Origin: Eledone cirrhosa | Lineage: Eukaryota | Direction: 5' to 3' | Assembly (NCBI GenBank): GCA_964016885.1 | Contig: OZ024741.1 | Coordinates: forward strand, 236,220,001 to 236,284,000 | DNA length: 64,000 nucleotides | Shown here: piece by piece, positions 30,290-43,825 of the stretch | Layout of the letters: each line of letters starts with the position of its first letter | Position numbering within the stretch: position 1 is the first letter of the stretch | Notes under the pieces: model-generated | What the model was told of the DNA's origin: nothing | Databases searched by the model: none | Seen by the model: the letters and a program-made list of their open reading frames with translations, nothing else | Made by a program: the position numbers and the translations under genes

Positions 30290-30508
30290 AGGCGGGTAAA
30301 ATTCCCGAGATCCATGGACGAGTTCTCTCCAGCGGTCTCTGTCCCTCATTATCGCTGCCATGTCCTGCGTCTCCAACAGACCAGTGTCTGTCCTTAGGGC
30401 ATCAACATACGTCAACCTTGGTCTTCCTCTTCTAGTGTGTCCATGTAGGGGCTCCCAATGGAGCACTGAGTGCAATGTCAACTCTGGATGTCGGTGAGCA
30501 TGTCCACA
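30290..30508 (-). pseudogene. RTE-like LINE 3' end
   Basis: GHAHRHPE..VLHWEPLHGHTRRGRPRLTYVD..DRDRWR. Confidence 0.75.
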
Positions 30509-30516
30509 CACACATA

Positions 30517-30557
<41 letters not shown>

Positions 30558-31300
30558 CACGAAAATGTCGCTGAATTTCGCGGATTGATACCGATCACGC
30601 AACTGTAAACCATTTTTACATATAACAGTACGACGATTGTTTTATTATATTGAAATAAACGATGTATATGATTTTACATAATTACAAAGCTCATATTTTA
30701 CCCAAACAAATATGCTGACAATATAAAATGTATAGCTGTCAAAATTCAACACATACACACCTATATCTCTACTACTTAATTGCATTCGTTGGCGGTTCGC
30801 CTTACCGCGGTATCATGTGGTACCCGCGAGGGTGCTTGGTTATTCCGGCGCCTTAGCTTCGCTATCACCCGAGGTAAGCTGCCAATGTGTTGGCTTACCT
30901 CAAAAAGTATTTGAGGGAGACTCCTGCACTCCTTGTGGTGTGTGACTTAATATTTTCTTTCGTTTTAATTCTATATTCTCATGTGAAATGTTTATGTAGT
31001 ATATACCAGAGATATATGTGCGTACAAGTCACAGTATATATGACAAATAGAATGAGTCTGGCTAATATAATAAAGTAGATATTGATTTGATTAAGGAGTT
31101 CGCTACGCAAACAGCTGATTTTGGGTTCAGTCGTGCTTCTTGGCACCTAAGTTAAGTGTCTTCTACTATAACCTCAAGTTACCCAATGTCTTGTGTGTGG
31201 AATTTTGTAGATGGAAACTGCAGAACTGTGGTTAAAAAAAATTGAGGCTGTTTACTTGTAAACAAACCGAATATTAATAATGTTATGATATTATAACATT

Positions 31301-31490
31301 AGTAGATTGGCAGTATCGGTAGAGAGTCGGACACCATGCTTTGAAGCATAGAGTTACGTCCCTTTATGATCTGAGTTCAAATCCCGCCGAGGTTAACTTT
31401 GCCTTTCATCCTTACGGGCTCGATAAAATAAAGTACCAGTAATGTACTGGGTAATTGCTGGCCTTGTGCTTAAAATAGAAACAATTATTA
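31301..31490 (+). mobile_element. OK-type SINE
   Basis: Near full-length match to 9741-9926. Confidence 0.85.
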
Positions 31491-31699
31491 CTTTCACTCA
31501 CGAATATATTGTGCTTATTTCGTGTTAATCACAGTATGAAGCACACGACGTCAGTGTAACTTTTCTAGTATAATATGGGATCAGGCAGGTCTCCGTGTGT
31601 TAGTAAAATAATACAATAAAAGGTAATAAGTTTCTTCTTCACTACATTTTATTTATCACGTAATAGCTTTTATACGTATTTCCATGATATTCTTCTTTT

Positions 31700-32075
31700 A
31701 CTCTTCTTCTTTTCTTCGTGCACTTATTCCTGAGAGGGTCGTGGGGACAGAGTCCTTAAACACTCCCTCCAGCGAGTCCTGTCTGAAGCAACCGTCTCCA
31801 ACTGATCCGGCTGGATCCCCAAGCAAGACCAGCCGAGCCCATGTAAGTTATCCAACCATCTTGCTCGGGGTCTACCCCTGCGTCTCCTATCTGTTGGTTT
31901 CGTTCGTAAAATCTGTCCAAGGGTTATTTCCCGAGACATTCTAACCACATGCCCATAGTATAGGAGCTGTAATTTCTCAACTACCTGGAGTGTTTTTTCT
32001 GATCTCCGAGCTACGCACTTTATCGAGTAACCTTACCCTTCGCAGGAACCCCATTTCGGCTGCTTGTATTCGCGA
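31700..32075 (-). pseudogene. RTE-like LINE 3' end
   Basis: LLYYGHVVRM..RRRRGRPRARWLD..DRTRWR. Confidence 0.75.
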
Positions 32076-32322
32076 TCGTATAGTATTTGTTGCGTAATTT
32101 TAGACCTTCGGATACTATTTCATCAGACAGCTCTCACTTGTATACATTTTATATATGTCGATATATCACCAAATTACACCACTAAAATTTCTACAGGTGC
32201 AAGCTGTCGGATGATATCGTATCTGAAGGTCTGGAAATACGTATAACAGCTATTACGTGAAAAAAAAAAATATAATGTCATGAAGTATAAATTTATTGTC
32301 TTCTACTGTACCCCCCCCCCCC

Positions 32323-32361
<39 letters not shown>

Positions 32362-32364
32362 TTT

Positions 32365-32712
32365 AAAATAAAACAATGTTTAGTAGATAATTAATCTATT
32401 GATTTACGATCGTGTCAGAAGGCAAAATAAACAAAACATTTATCGATATATTGATTAATCGATAGTTGTTATGCAACTCAATAGTATTAATCACAGCAAA
32501 ATTGACGTATTTTGACGAAGACAATACTATGGAGTTACATAACTGCTATCGATTTGTCAATATATAAAAGTTTTATATAAATGTTTTGTTCATATTGGCA
32601 TCTGAAACGATCGTAAAGCAATGGATAAATTAAATATTAAAGCTTGTTTTATCTGTTTCATTATTCCACATTAGATATCTGACTAAAGTATTGAATACTC
32701 AACGGCATGTAA
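32365..32712 (+). mobile_element. Old imperfect fold-back pLTR-type element
   Basis: Arms ~32370-32488 / 32522-32650; HHR 3' half GAA ACGATCGT A. Confidence 0.55.
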
Positions 32713-32779
32713 CGTATGAAATACTTCGAACAGGGAATGGATTTATATCACGTCTTTGTTGAATTTACGAAAGCTTTAG

Positions 32780-32934
<155 letters not shown>

Positions 32935-33029
32935 CTTTCAAGGGCGTGAAACTAATAAACCTTTGTTTGTACTGCCTCTCTGTTTTTGATCCCGTTCCAG
33001 TTTTCACTATATAAATATATATATATATA

Positions 33030-35294
33030 TATGGGATAACAAATTATCGTTATAGGTAATCCAGTTAGAGGTTGTGAATACTCCGTATTGTGGATAGTTT
33101 TAGCGTACGGCGTTGTTTCACTCAACAAGAGGTTTCCTTAGGCAGCGAGTTTGCGAGTCCTCGGGAATTCCTATGCTGGTTAATCTTGGAGTAATAATAG
33201 TGAAAGAGTGAAGAATAACATGGTCAACAGTACAAAAAGGGTTTTATTTACAGTATTAACAATTGTTTCATTGATTAAGTTATCTAAAAAGTTCATGCTT
33301 ATCTTCTAACCTAGAGATTTTTAATGAACACGCTAACTACTACAACATAGCTTTACTTAAGGCAGACCACAAAGAGAGGCTCAAATACATACCAGATACG
33401 AACAACAACACACTTAACAGCAATAACACCACCCACACCTATAGAAATAACAAATATAGGACTAAACCTAGAAATAGACAACGAGCACCAGAAATAAATG
33501 AACCGAATACTAATATAAGGACCCCTAGGAACTATAGAAAATCCAGAGATAAGGAATACTTATGGTTCAATCCAATATATAACTCCTCTATAAAAACCAA
33601 ACTACCTTCTATATTCTTTAAATTAATTGACAAGCACTTCCCTAAACTTCACAAATACCAGAAAAACTATCAAACTATCTTACTCTACTGCAGCCATACA
33701 TAAAATTAACTATAAAAGAATCTCTAATGAAAATAACCTACAAACAAACACCATAACACCAAACATCGCAACCACACACACGTCAGAATGCATCACAACA
33801 AAACATTAACAAACCCAAATCTCAGCCCATACATAACAACATACAAAACTGCATCGATGAACCAGCACACAGGAAGGCCTCAAAATGTAACTGTCATTTA
33901 CCGGATAAGTGCCCACTACAAAATAGATGCCTGGGATCAAATATAGTGTACCTGTGTACTATTAATTCAGGCAACTTAGCATGGCACTAGATAGGTTCTA
34001 CGGCGGGGGAGTTCATAAAAAGATGGTACGTCCACAGACATTCTATAAAGAACCGTAGACTAATGAATACAACAACGCTCGCCAATAAAATCTGGCAGCT
34101 TAAAGATACAAACCAGGAATATGGGATTAGCTGGTCGAAACTGTCAGGGGCAAAGGCCTACAAAAATGGAATGTCCCACTGTGGACTTCGTAATATGGAG
34201 TTGCTCCATATTTTAAAATATGACAAAATGCTGCTTAACAGCAAAATAGAACGGTCAATTTTCTGTAGGCATAAAGCTACTAAATTCGCTAATTTTAAAC
34301 CAACTTGATTCGACCCAACACTTCCATAATTCAAACTCTACCACCTGAGTCTATAACCCGTTATTATTATTATAAATTGTCAATTAGGGCGGTGGATTGG
34401 CAGTCGGACATCATGCTTTGCAGCATAGAGTTACGTCTCTTTACGATCTGAGTTCAAATCCTGTTGAGGTTAACTTTGCCTTTCATCCTTACGGGGTCGA
34501 TAAAATAAAGTACCAGTAATGCACTGGGATAATTGGTGGCCTTGTGCCAAAGGTAGAAACAATTATTATTAACTGTCAATAAACCAACTAATCACTGAAT
34601 GAACATCATAACCTCCTAACTTTTCGTTCTTTCATTCTCTTTCCCTAAATATATTTGACCTCTTACATTATATCCTATCGTATTCTCTTCACTTCTAACA
34701 TAACTTCCAATTTATTAATTTATTAATTTATCCTGTATTTAGCACTGTACTATTTCTTCATAATATAATTTAACCAATACACATATATGTATATATTTAG
34801 TATTTTCATGTTTATACCATCACATCTTTATATTTTAACCACCACCACCACCACCACAACTATTTTCAACAATCATATTATGTTCACTTTTCTTCACACA
34901 CTAATACATTTTTTACTTATTTTTTATCATCTTCATTCTAACTTATTTATTATTATTTATTTATTATTTTTTCTTTATCTTTTATCTTTTTTCTTTTTTC
35001 TCTTTTCTTTTTTCTTTTTCTCTCTCTTTTTTTTTTCTTTTTCTCTCTCTCTTTTTTTTCTTTTTCTTTCTTTATTACTGATGTTGTGATTTGAATTTTT
35101 CTAGTATATTACAAACGCCGTGCATAATTTTAATCAGTTTTTCCGATGATTTGATTAAGCATACATTGTATTTAAAATTGAGTGACAGAACTTCAAGTGA
35201 TTAGCAATTTTTAGGCAACTTAATCAATGAAACAATTGTTAATACTGTAAATAAAAGCCTTTTTGTACTGTTGACCATGTTATTCTTCACTCTT

Positions 35295-35300
<6 letters not shown>
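33030..35300 (+). mobile_element. 5'-truncated Naiad-type PLE with inverted 5' pLTR piece
   Basis: LWFNPIY, CNCHLPDKCPLQNRC, IVYLC..*IGST, LANKIW..LLNSKIE..CRH; 33198-33281 is the inverse of 35218-35300; OK SINE inserted at 34386-34570. Confidence 0.85.
35135..35247 (+). ncRNA. Hammerhead variant with long stem II insertion
   Basis: CCGATGA t TTGATTAAG..~60 nt..CTTAATCAA t GAA ACAATTGT t AATACTG. Confidence 0.65.
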
Positions 35301-35377
<77 letters not shown>

Positions 35378-35709
35378 TTACAATTGTGAGCTCAACATTC
35401 TAACCACTAAGCCACGCGCCTTCACAAACACACAGACGCACGCAAATATATATTGAGTTCAGAATTGTAAGGTTGTAAGTTTGAATCCTGGACCGAGCTG
35501 TGCAGTGTGTTCTTGAGCAAAACACTTTATTTCACGTTACTCCAGTTCACTCGGCTGTAGAAGTCAGTTGATCGCCCATTGCCTTTCCCTTGGACAACAT
35601 CAGTGGCGTGGAAAGGGGAGACTGGCATGCAGGTGCAACTTCTGGTCTTCCATAAACACATTTTGCTCAGGCTTGTGCCTCGGAGAAAAGCTTTCTGGGT
35701 ACAAAACCA

Positions 35710-35747
<38 letters not shown>

Positions 35748-36304
35748 ACCGTTGAAAAATCTCGCAGTAGAACAACCCTAATCCATGAATATGAATACAA
35801 TAACACCAAGTTACAATCCATTACTATTCAAACATTCAATACAAATATAACTTAACATATGTAATGGATATGAAATCTGTAACTTTCATATTCTACACAC
35901 ACAAATTTGAACTATACAGAAAATATCATCGCATTACATCCTCCATAATACACTAACACATTCGCTTAAAGTGCTTGTATTTTATGTAATACCTTGCCAT
36001 ACAGTACTCATATATGCATAATACATTTGCTTGTTTCCTTCCCATATATATGACTAACGCATGTACTATCTCTTTAATTATTAGACTATTCTCTTGTATT
36101 ATCTGTCGCATGTATTCCACTCAGTGCTTTTAATTTTTAATTTTAATTTAAATCTTAATTTGAATTATTGTACAATTCTCGTATAATATATGTCGCCTCC
36201 ATTCCACCCTATAAACATGAAACTGTTGTCCACAACATCAATATATATGTATCTGTATGATTCTTCAGTTGAATAGGAGGTTAATGATATGTACAAACAT
36301 TGAT

Positions 36305-36356
36305 AATGCTCCGAGGAATCCAAGCTTAAGTTTGGAAGAAACAATTGTCAGCGATT
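36305..36356 (+). ncRNA. Hammerhead ribozyme (U4C variant)
   Basis: GCT CCGAGGA a TCCAAGC ttaa GTTTGGA a GAA ACAATTGT C AGC. Confidence 0.7.
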
Positions 36357-36732
36357 AAATGATTTAAACATAACTTTGATACTTGTGTAATCTATATTAC
36401 TGCTCTGTAAAACAACTGATGCTCTTACATTGAGCTATTTCTCTTACTGGTAATAAGGTAGTAATAAATTACTGACCTTCCCTGTTTATAGTTGTTTATA
36501 GTATAGTATATACATAACTATAAATAGTATCTTTAATATTATATATATCTCTCTCTCTCTATATATATATATATATAATATTCGATCTGTTAATGTTATA
36601 TGTTCATTCATCTATATCCCGGGTAGTGTTAGATGTAGCACTACATATTCCATCTTGACAGAACACAGAATTGTGCAAAACTGTAATATCCAAAGTGAGG
36701 TATTTATTGTTTATAAAAGAATAAATGTGAAT

Positions 36733-38060
36733 CTATCTATCTATATATATATTTATATATATACAAAATTCTTTGTCTGTCTGTCTGTTTCCTTAGTCTG
36801 TCTGTTTCCTTATGCATTATCAAATTGCTCGACCAAATCAAATCAAATTTTATAAAGTAATAGTATTAGACCCCAGGTTTAACAACATGTAATTTTTTAT
36901 TTTCATTTGGATTAAAACAATATAACATTTTATCTAAAATAATCTTTCTATTGTCAACCATATTACGACGGCGATGACGGCGACAACGATGACGACGACG
37001 ACGATGACGACAACGACGTCACATTTTGTATATGAATGTGTATCTGTTTCTGAGTATGTGTGTGTTTACACGTTTGTTACGTACGTGTGTTACATACACA
37101 TACATCTTCACGTAAATATTTAATCAGATACACAGAGAATTAAACACACACGCACACATCTTCACATGTGATGACTGACAAGTATGTGTGTGAGTGTATG
37201 TGAGAGTGAAAGCGTGTGTGAGTGTATGTGAGAATGTATGTGTGTGTGAGTATACATACATTTTTGTGACGACTGACATAACAAACGCTGGGAGGTGGGA
37301 GTGAAATTCTCTGTGTTTGTATGAATGTATATCTGTGTGCTTTTTATAAGTGTATGTTTGTGTTAGTGTATGTGTGTCTGTTCGTGGGTGAAACTCTATG
37401 GGTGTTTGTATGAATGTATGTCTGTGTGTTTTTTATAAGTATATGTTTGTGTGAGTTTATGTGTCTGTTCGTTAAATTAGCAGTTAATACATTTGCTTAT
37501 ATTTGGGTTTATTTCTTATGTTTGGTTAATTTACACTGCATACAAAAATTAATATAATAATATATATTTCTTTTGGATGTTGATATTTATTTATTTACAA
37601 TATTGAAAGAAAAAAATGTCTTTATTCTAAAAATTCCTCTCATACCTACAGCTGTTCCATTTGAATTTGAAAGCTTCAGTTTCTAGTCAAACTAAATTTT
37701 GTTATTTCAATTAACAAATCTCAGGGTCAATCCCTCAAGGTAGTTGGACTTGATCTCTTTACTACATGTTTCTCCCGGAGTCAACTCTATGCTGGTTGTT
37801 CACGAGCTGGAAACAGTAACAATTTATTCATTTGGACACCAACAAAAAATTACACATTGAATATTGTTTACCCTGAGGTGCTTCAAGATTGACAGATTTT
37901 CATTTCTAAATTATATTATCATTACAATTTTGCTATTTAAAAAAAATAAAATATAGATATTTTGAAATAATTATGAGAAAAAAATATATTTTCATATTTA
38001 TTGTTTACTAATCTGAATAAGAACAGCAGTAACCCGGACAACGCCGGGTCATTCCGCTAG
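36733..38060 (+). mobile_element. Non-autonomous Helitron with Pif1-helicase C-terminal remnant
   Basis: 37650-37890 encodes ISINKSQGQSLKVVGLDL..CFSRSQLYAGCSR..NIVYPEVL; 3' hairpin acccgg-acaacg-ccgggt then CTAG|T; 5' TC(TA)n start approximate. Confidence 0.85.
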
Positions 38061-38069
38061 TATTTAACA

Positions 38070-38622
38070 AATGAAAGGTTTGTTATATTTATCTATGGTT
38101 TTCTTTATGGCATTTGAAGACTGCATACATAGAATTTATATCCAGTATCGTACGACGGGCAAGTTGTTTAACATGAGATGGCTTGCTGGCAAAACAAAGG
38201 TGTTTACTTCTTTAATACGTCAATTTTTGTATGCAGATGATTGTGATCTTGTTGCTCACTCTGAGAGTGACATGCAACGCCGAATTGATTCATTTTCGGT
38301 GGCATGCAGCGCTTACTGAACCTAGCATTTATGTGCATGACAAAACATTGAAGGTTGTGGATAAATTTGTGCATTTAGGCAGTAGAGTTAATATGACAAA
38401 CAGCTTTGATGATGAAATCTCTTTACGAATAAAGAAAGCAAATGATTCTTTTGGTAAATTAGATGGGCGTCTGCGGTGTTAACGTAGTATTTTCATTGAT
38501 ACAATGTTAAAGATGTACAGAACACGTGTATTGTCTCCTTTGTTGTATGCATGTGAAACTTGGGTCACATACCAGCGAAATATAAAACTGCTTGAACATT
38601 TTCATCATCAGTGCCTTCGTCC
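38070..38622 (+). pseudogene. RTE/BovB-like LINE RT fragment
   Basis: IRQFLYADDCDLVAHSE, KVVDKFVHLGS, LLYACETW..LEHFHHQCLR. Confidence 0.85.
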
Positions 38623-38629
38623 AAAACTC

Positions 38630-38767
38630 GTTAGCGTCAAAAACATCCTCTCCGCGGGTCCTGTTATTGGCTGCTGCTTTTCTACGTCATCGTAAATCTG
38701 ATTTACGTTGACGTAGAAAACAGGAGCCAATAACAGAACGTGCGAAGGGGATGTTTTTGACGCTAAC
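38630..38767. mobile_element. Hairpin MITE
   Basis: Arms gttagcgtcaaaaacatcc..ctgttattggct / agccaataacag..ggatgtttttgacgctaac. Confidence 0.65.
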
Positions 38768-38971
38768 ACCCCAGTGAAAGAATTTGCTCCGAAATCATTA
38801 GACGTGTCCGTCGAACCTGCGGATCCAGAATCAGACAGATCCACACAATGATCGTGTCTCGAGCTGCCCGCCGGCGAAACAATTGTAACACAATAAATTG
38901 AGTTCAGATGCATCAGTGATTTTTCGTTTTATATTATATATATATATATATAGATGTACACACACACACAC

Positions 38972-39095
<124 letters not shown>

Positions 39096-39575
39096 TATCA
39101 AACCAGGAAAATTTATAAAAAGAAGACAACGAACGAAAACAAGGCAAAACGAAAGAAAACATTTTTGACTGGGAAACCTTAAACATTTTTTGGGGAAAAT
39201 ATAAAGACAAACGAAAGACACAAAACTCCCAGGTCTTCAACAATCAAAATGGACTTCTGGAAGTTTCGATCCCTACCGACGGTACTGCTGGTCCACCCGG
39301 GATCACAGCGTCTGACATAAGCGCTGTCGGTGGAGTAAAAGGACACAGAGGCACCGCAACAACCTCAGAACCTCGCCCTACACCGCACGTCGAACTACTT
39401 AAACCTCCACATGCCTACCCACCTCACCCATCCTAATTTTTTTCTCAACCGTCCAACCTGCTCTTTCTCCTAACTTTACTCTTTCGCGATGAAGGAATAT
39501 CGTGCATACCTTTACCTCTTCCAGCAAGCGTGAAACTAATAAGACTTTGTGTAATTGTTTCTCTGTTTCTCTTTA

Positions 39576-39686
<111 letters not shown>

Positions 39687-40039
39687 CCGTATGTGATATT
39701 GTTGGCTGAGAGAAAGGAGTACTCAACACTGATGTAGAGTTTTAATATTCATATCTGATGACCCTGTGATAACCAGGTGAAACACTCCAGCGTAACAAGA
39801 TTCAGTATTCAGCCTTAATAAAATGAATGTGTGTGCGTGTGTGTGTGTGTATATATGTATGTATATATATATATATATATCTATATACATACATATGTAT
39901 GTGTATATATATATATATATATGTATGTATGTGTTGATATGTGTTTGTATGTAATTTATATGGACTATAGATATATTTACATATAGGGAAGTGAATATGT
40001 GAGCCAACATGCCCCCCCCCCCTACTTCCTCTCCCAAAC

Positions 40040-40228
40040 CAATATCAACAACACATCTTTGACAAATGTTCCCAAACTATCCTTCTTTTCTCTTTTTCCT
40101 GTCATCCCATTATCAAAACCCAGAGAAGCACCTAAATTCATCTTTGATATAGAAATTTCTAGATGATATTCTTTATGGATTTGGAAGAGTTGATTCAGAT
40201 ATGCCATTATAAACTCATCAAAGGTCAG
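40040..40228 (-). CDS. Candidate internal exon of a host gene (63 codons, phase 0/0)
   Basis: ttttatttcattAG|LTFDEFIMAYLNQLFQIHKEY...FVKDVLLIL|GTttgg; unique, non-repetitive, open frame. Confidence 0.35.
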
Positions 40229-40313
40229 CTAATGAAATAAAACCAGCAGGAGAGTATGTTTACAACCACCTTCTCAAACGCCCTTATCTTACAACCTTAC
40301 CATTTTCTGAGTG

Positions 40314-40387
<74 letters not shown>

Positions 40388-40947
40388 TGTGTGTGTGTGT
40401 GTGGACGTGTGTGTGTGTGTGTGTGTGTGTCTGTATGTATGTATGCTTTAATTCCTCCGGACCTTCATCATCATTCACACTCATTAACACCACACCCCAC
40501 AACCCAGAGATTTCCAAATCTCTCTTATATAGTCACACATTTCAACACAACCTGATCTCAGTTTGACAATCGCCACAGACAGACGAATGCGAGAAAGTTC
40601 TCCAACCCAAGTTAACCAGGAATCTTTAAAATTCTTCCCACCGAAGTTAACAAAGAACTTACTGGATCTAACAACTCATAATATTATAATATTATAAAAT
40701 TAAATTAAAAGTGAAGTAATTCTTTTCCTTCTTTTCAAATATACCTAACAGTACCAAGGATCTCACACATTTTCCAATATGTATATATATTATATATATA
40801 TATATACATATATATATATAAATATATATTATAATTATATATATATATTATATAGTTCAGAGGTTGGTCACGGCGGATTAAATCGAGGTTGAACCGGTGG
40901 TCAAGGGGGTACTCCAGGGTGGGATGGAAGCCGTGTAAGCGTGTATA

Positions 40948-40978
<31 letters not shown>

Positions 40979-41029
40979 TCGTTTCTGAATTTGTTTAGCA
41001 AGATTCTTTATCTGAAAACGTGTGTTGAA

Positions 41030-42472
41030 ACCGATATTGTTATGCTTTGGGAGGGTCATGTTGCCAATAAGAAACACACGCATCAGTTGCTTTCACTCCA
41101 ATTTATTATAAATTAAATTAATAAATTTAAGAATTTATAAATTTCCGGTTGGTTCCACAACCGGACGGTTGTTCATATATTGTCAAAGTTCTTTCGTCAC
41201 ACATTCTGCGACCTCTTCAGTGACTAGGGATTCTTTTCTTTGTTGTTGTGCCTCTCCTTTGTTCTGTCCTACGCCATCTTGTTTTTGTGTGTGTTGTGTG
41301 CTTAGTTTGCGCATGTGTTACATCCGGTGTCTGTGTGTGTTTATATTTGTTTATTTATTTGTTTATTTACATGTTACTGGTTGGTTGTTTGTTCTATGTG
41401 TTTTCTATGTGTTTACATTTTGTCCTTAATTGTAAGTTGTGATGTTGCTATTCCATTCATGTTTTCTATTTAATTTAGGTTGGAGTTCATTTATGTTTAT
41501 TGCCTCTGTGATTTGTCTAAACATTGCGTCTTTTCTGTGTGTAGATTCTATTTTTATTCCTATGTTCTCTAATTTACCCTTATGTTTTAGCATGTTGGTG
41601 GAGTACAGATGATTCTTTTCTATCTTGAAGCTCTCGCCAGTGTTCATTTATCCGTTCTCCTATACTACGAGCTGTCTCATCTATGTACAATATATTCTTA
41701 TCTCTACATTGTCCTTCAGTACATCTTATGCTATATACTACATTTCTAGTTTTACAGTTAATATGGGGGCTTAGTTTACAGATTATACATTACTTATCTA
41801 TACAGGGAGGTCTTTGAAAAGGGTATGTATTGCTAATAAGTGTTTTTATGGAGGTACCTGGTCTTTCTACTATCTTAATATTGAGTTTATGTTTATTTAG
41901 GGCCCTTCTAAATTTGTAAGCTAATTCACCTCTAGGGGTTGTATTGATGAACATTACACTCTGCCATTTATTGCTTTCATACTATGAGTTTATTCTATTA
42001 ACCTTATTCCTAGTTCTTTCTACTCTATTCCAAAATTTGCTCCTATACAAGGGGCAGGTCCCATTTGTGTCATTATTTACCATTTTTTCCCATTTACAAT
42101 TAAGGACAAAATGAAAACACATAGAAAACACATAGAACAAACAACCAACCAGTAACATGTAAATAAACAAATAAATAAACAAATATAAACACACACAGAC
42201 ACCCGGATGTAACACATGCGCAAACTAAGCACACAACACACACAAAAACAAGATGGCGTAGGACAGAACAAAGGAGAGGCACAAAAACAAAGAAAAGAAT
42301 CCCCAGTCACTGAAGAGGTCACAGAATGTGTGACGAAAGAACTTTGACAATATATGAACAACCGTCCGGCTGTGGAACCAACCGGAAATTTATAAATTTA
42401 ATTTATAATAAATTGGAGTGAAAGCACTTGGTGCGTGTGTTTCTTATTGGCAACATGACCCTCCCAAAGCAT

Positions 42473-42480
<8 letters not shown>
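41030..42480 (-). mobile_element. 5'-truncated Neptune-like PLE with ~390-bp inverted pLTRs
   Basis: GIY-YIG remnant CKTRNVVYSIRC..LYIDETARSIGER..RQITEAINI..LNRKHEW; 41035-41435 is inverted at 42095-42480. Confidence 0.85.
42306..42348 (+). ncRNA. Hammerhead ribozyme (mirror copy 41182-41224, - strand)
   Basis: GTCA CTGAAGA g GTCACA gaatg TGTGAC GAA AG aa CT T TGAC. Confidence 0.8.
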
Positions 42481-42514
<34 letters not shown>

Positions 42515-42595
42515 CGAAGGAAATGTGGTAAGGAACCAGGTGGACCATAACGCACCAAAGTACTCAATACTTAGGGTAGTAGAGTGGGTAATGTT

Positions 42596-42633
<38 letters not shown>

Positions 42634-42641
42634 AATATCTA

Positions 42642-42762
<121 letters not shown>

Positions 42763-42781
42763 TATATAAATATATATATAA

Positions 42782-42812
<31 letters not shown>

Positions 42813-43244
42813 TATATAAACATATATATATAAACAGACACACCCATTTACATATGTACATATTTGTATGCTTACACATACTGTTAAAAACATAGATCAG
42901 ACCTGAACAAAGAGCACACACACACACGCAGGAACACGTACACACTCGCCCATACGTATAGATACCTGACTACTTCCAGTAAAGTAGGTCAACACTAGGT
43001 AAGCTATATCTACACGTATGTTACTTCCATTGTGTTTATCTCACTATTTCTCCGTCTGGATGTCTATCTATCAGTGTATGTGTGTGTGTGTGTGTGTGTG
43101 TGTCCATGCGTGCCTGTACGCGTATGTATGTGCGTGGGAGGTGGTTGCTTGTGTGAATGTATGTGTATGGCTACTCGCCTAGCTAGGTATCTTTCGTACT
43201 ACTCTCACTACACACACACACACACACACACACACACTTACACA

Positions 43245-43325
<81 letters not shown>

Positions 43326-43330
<5 letters not shown>

Positions 43331-43735
43331 TATAAATATTAATAAAATAGATGTTCTTTTGATCAATTACATTTTATTATACATCTTTCGGATGTACAAC
43401 AGTACGTAGGTACAATAGTACGTCCTCATCAGACAAAATATAATGATACATGACATACCCTGAGATGTTAAATGATTAAATCTTAACCATTTAACATCTC
43501 AGGGGTATGTCATGTATAATTATATTTTGTCTGATGAGGACGTACTGTTGTACCTACGTACTGTTGTACATCCGAAATATGTATAATAAAATGTAATTGA
43601 TCAAAAGAACATCTATTTTATTAATATTTATATTTTATATATTAATAACTCCGGAAAATTATTTTTTCGTAGAGTGCTTCCAATCTACTGTAAAACTCAT
43701 GATATACTCATTGAATATTGTTTAACACTTTAATA
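43326..43735 (+). mobile_element. Fold-back pLTR-type element (~150-bp arms)
   Basis: Arms ~43326-43479 / 43483-43637; single-arm copy at 60944-61190. Confidence 0.85.
43522..43594 (+). ncRNA. Hammerhead ribozyme (also 60991-61047)
   Basis: ATATTTTGT CTGATGA GGA.GTAC tgtt GTACaTCC GAA ATAtgTAT A ATAAAATGT. Confidence 0.8.
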
Positions 43736-43748
43736 TATATATATATAC

Positions 43749-43791
<43 letters not shown>

Positions 43792-43792
43792 C

Positions 43793-43824
<32 letters not shown>

Positions 43825-43825
<1 letters not shown>

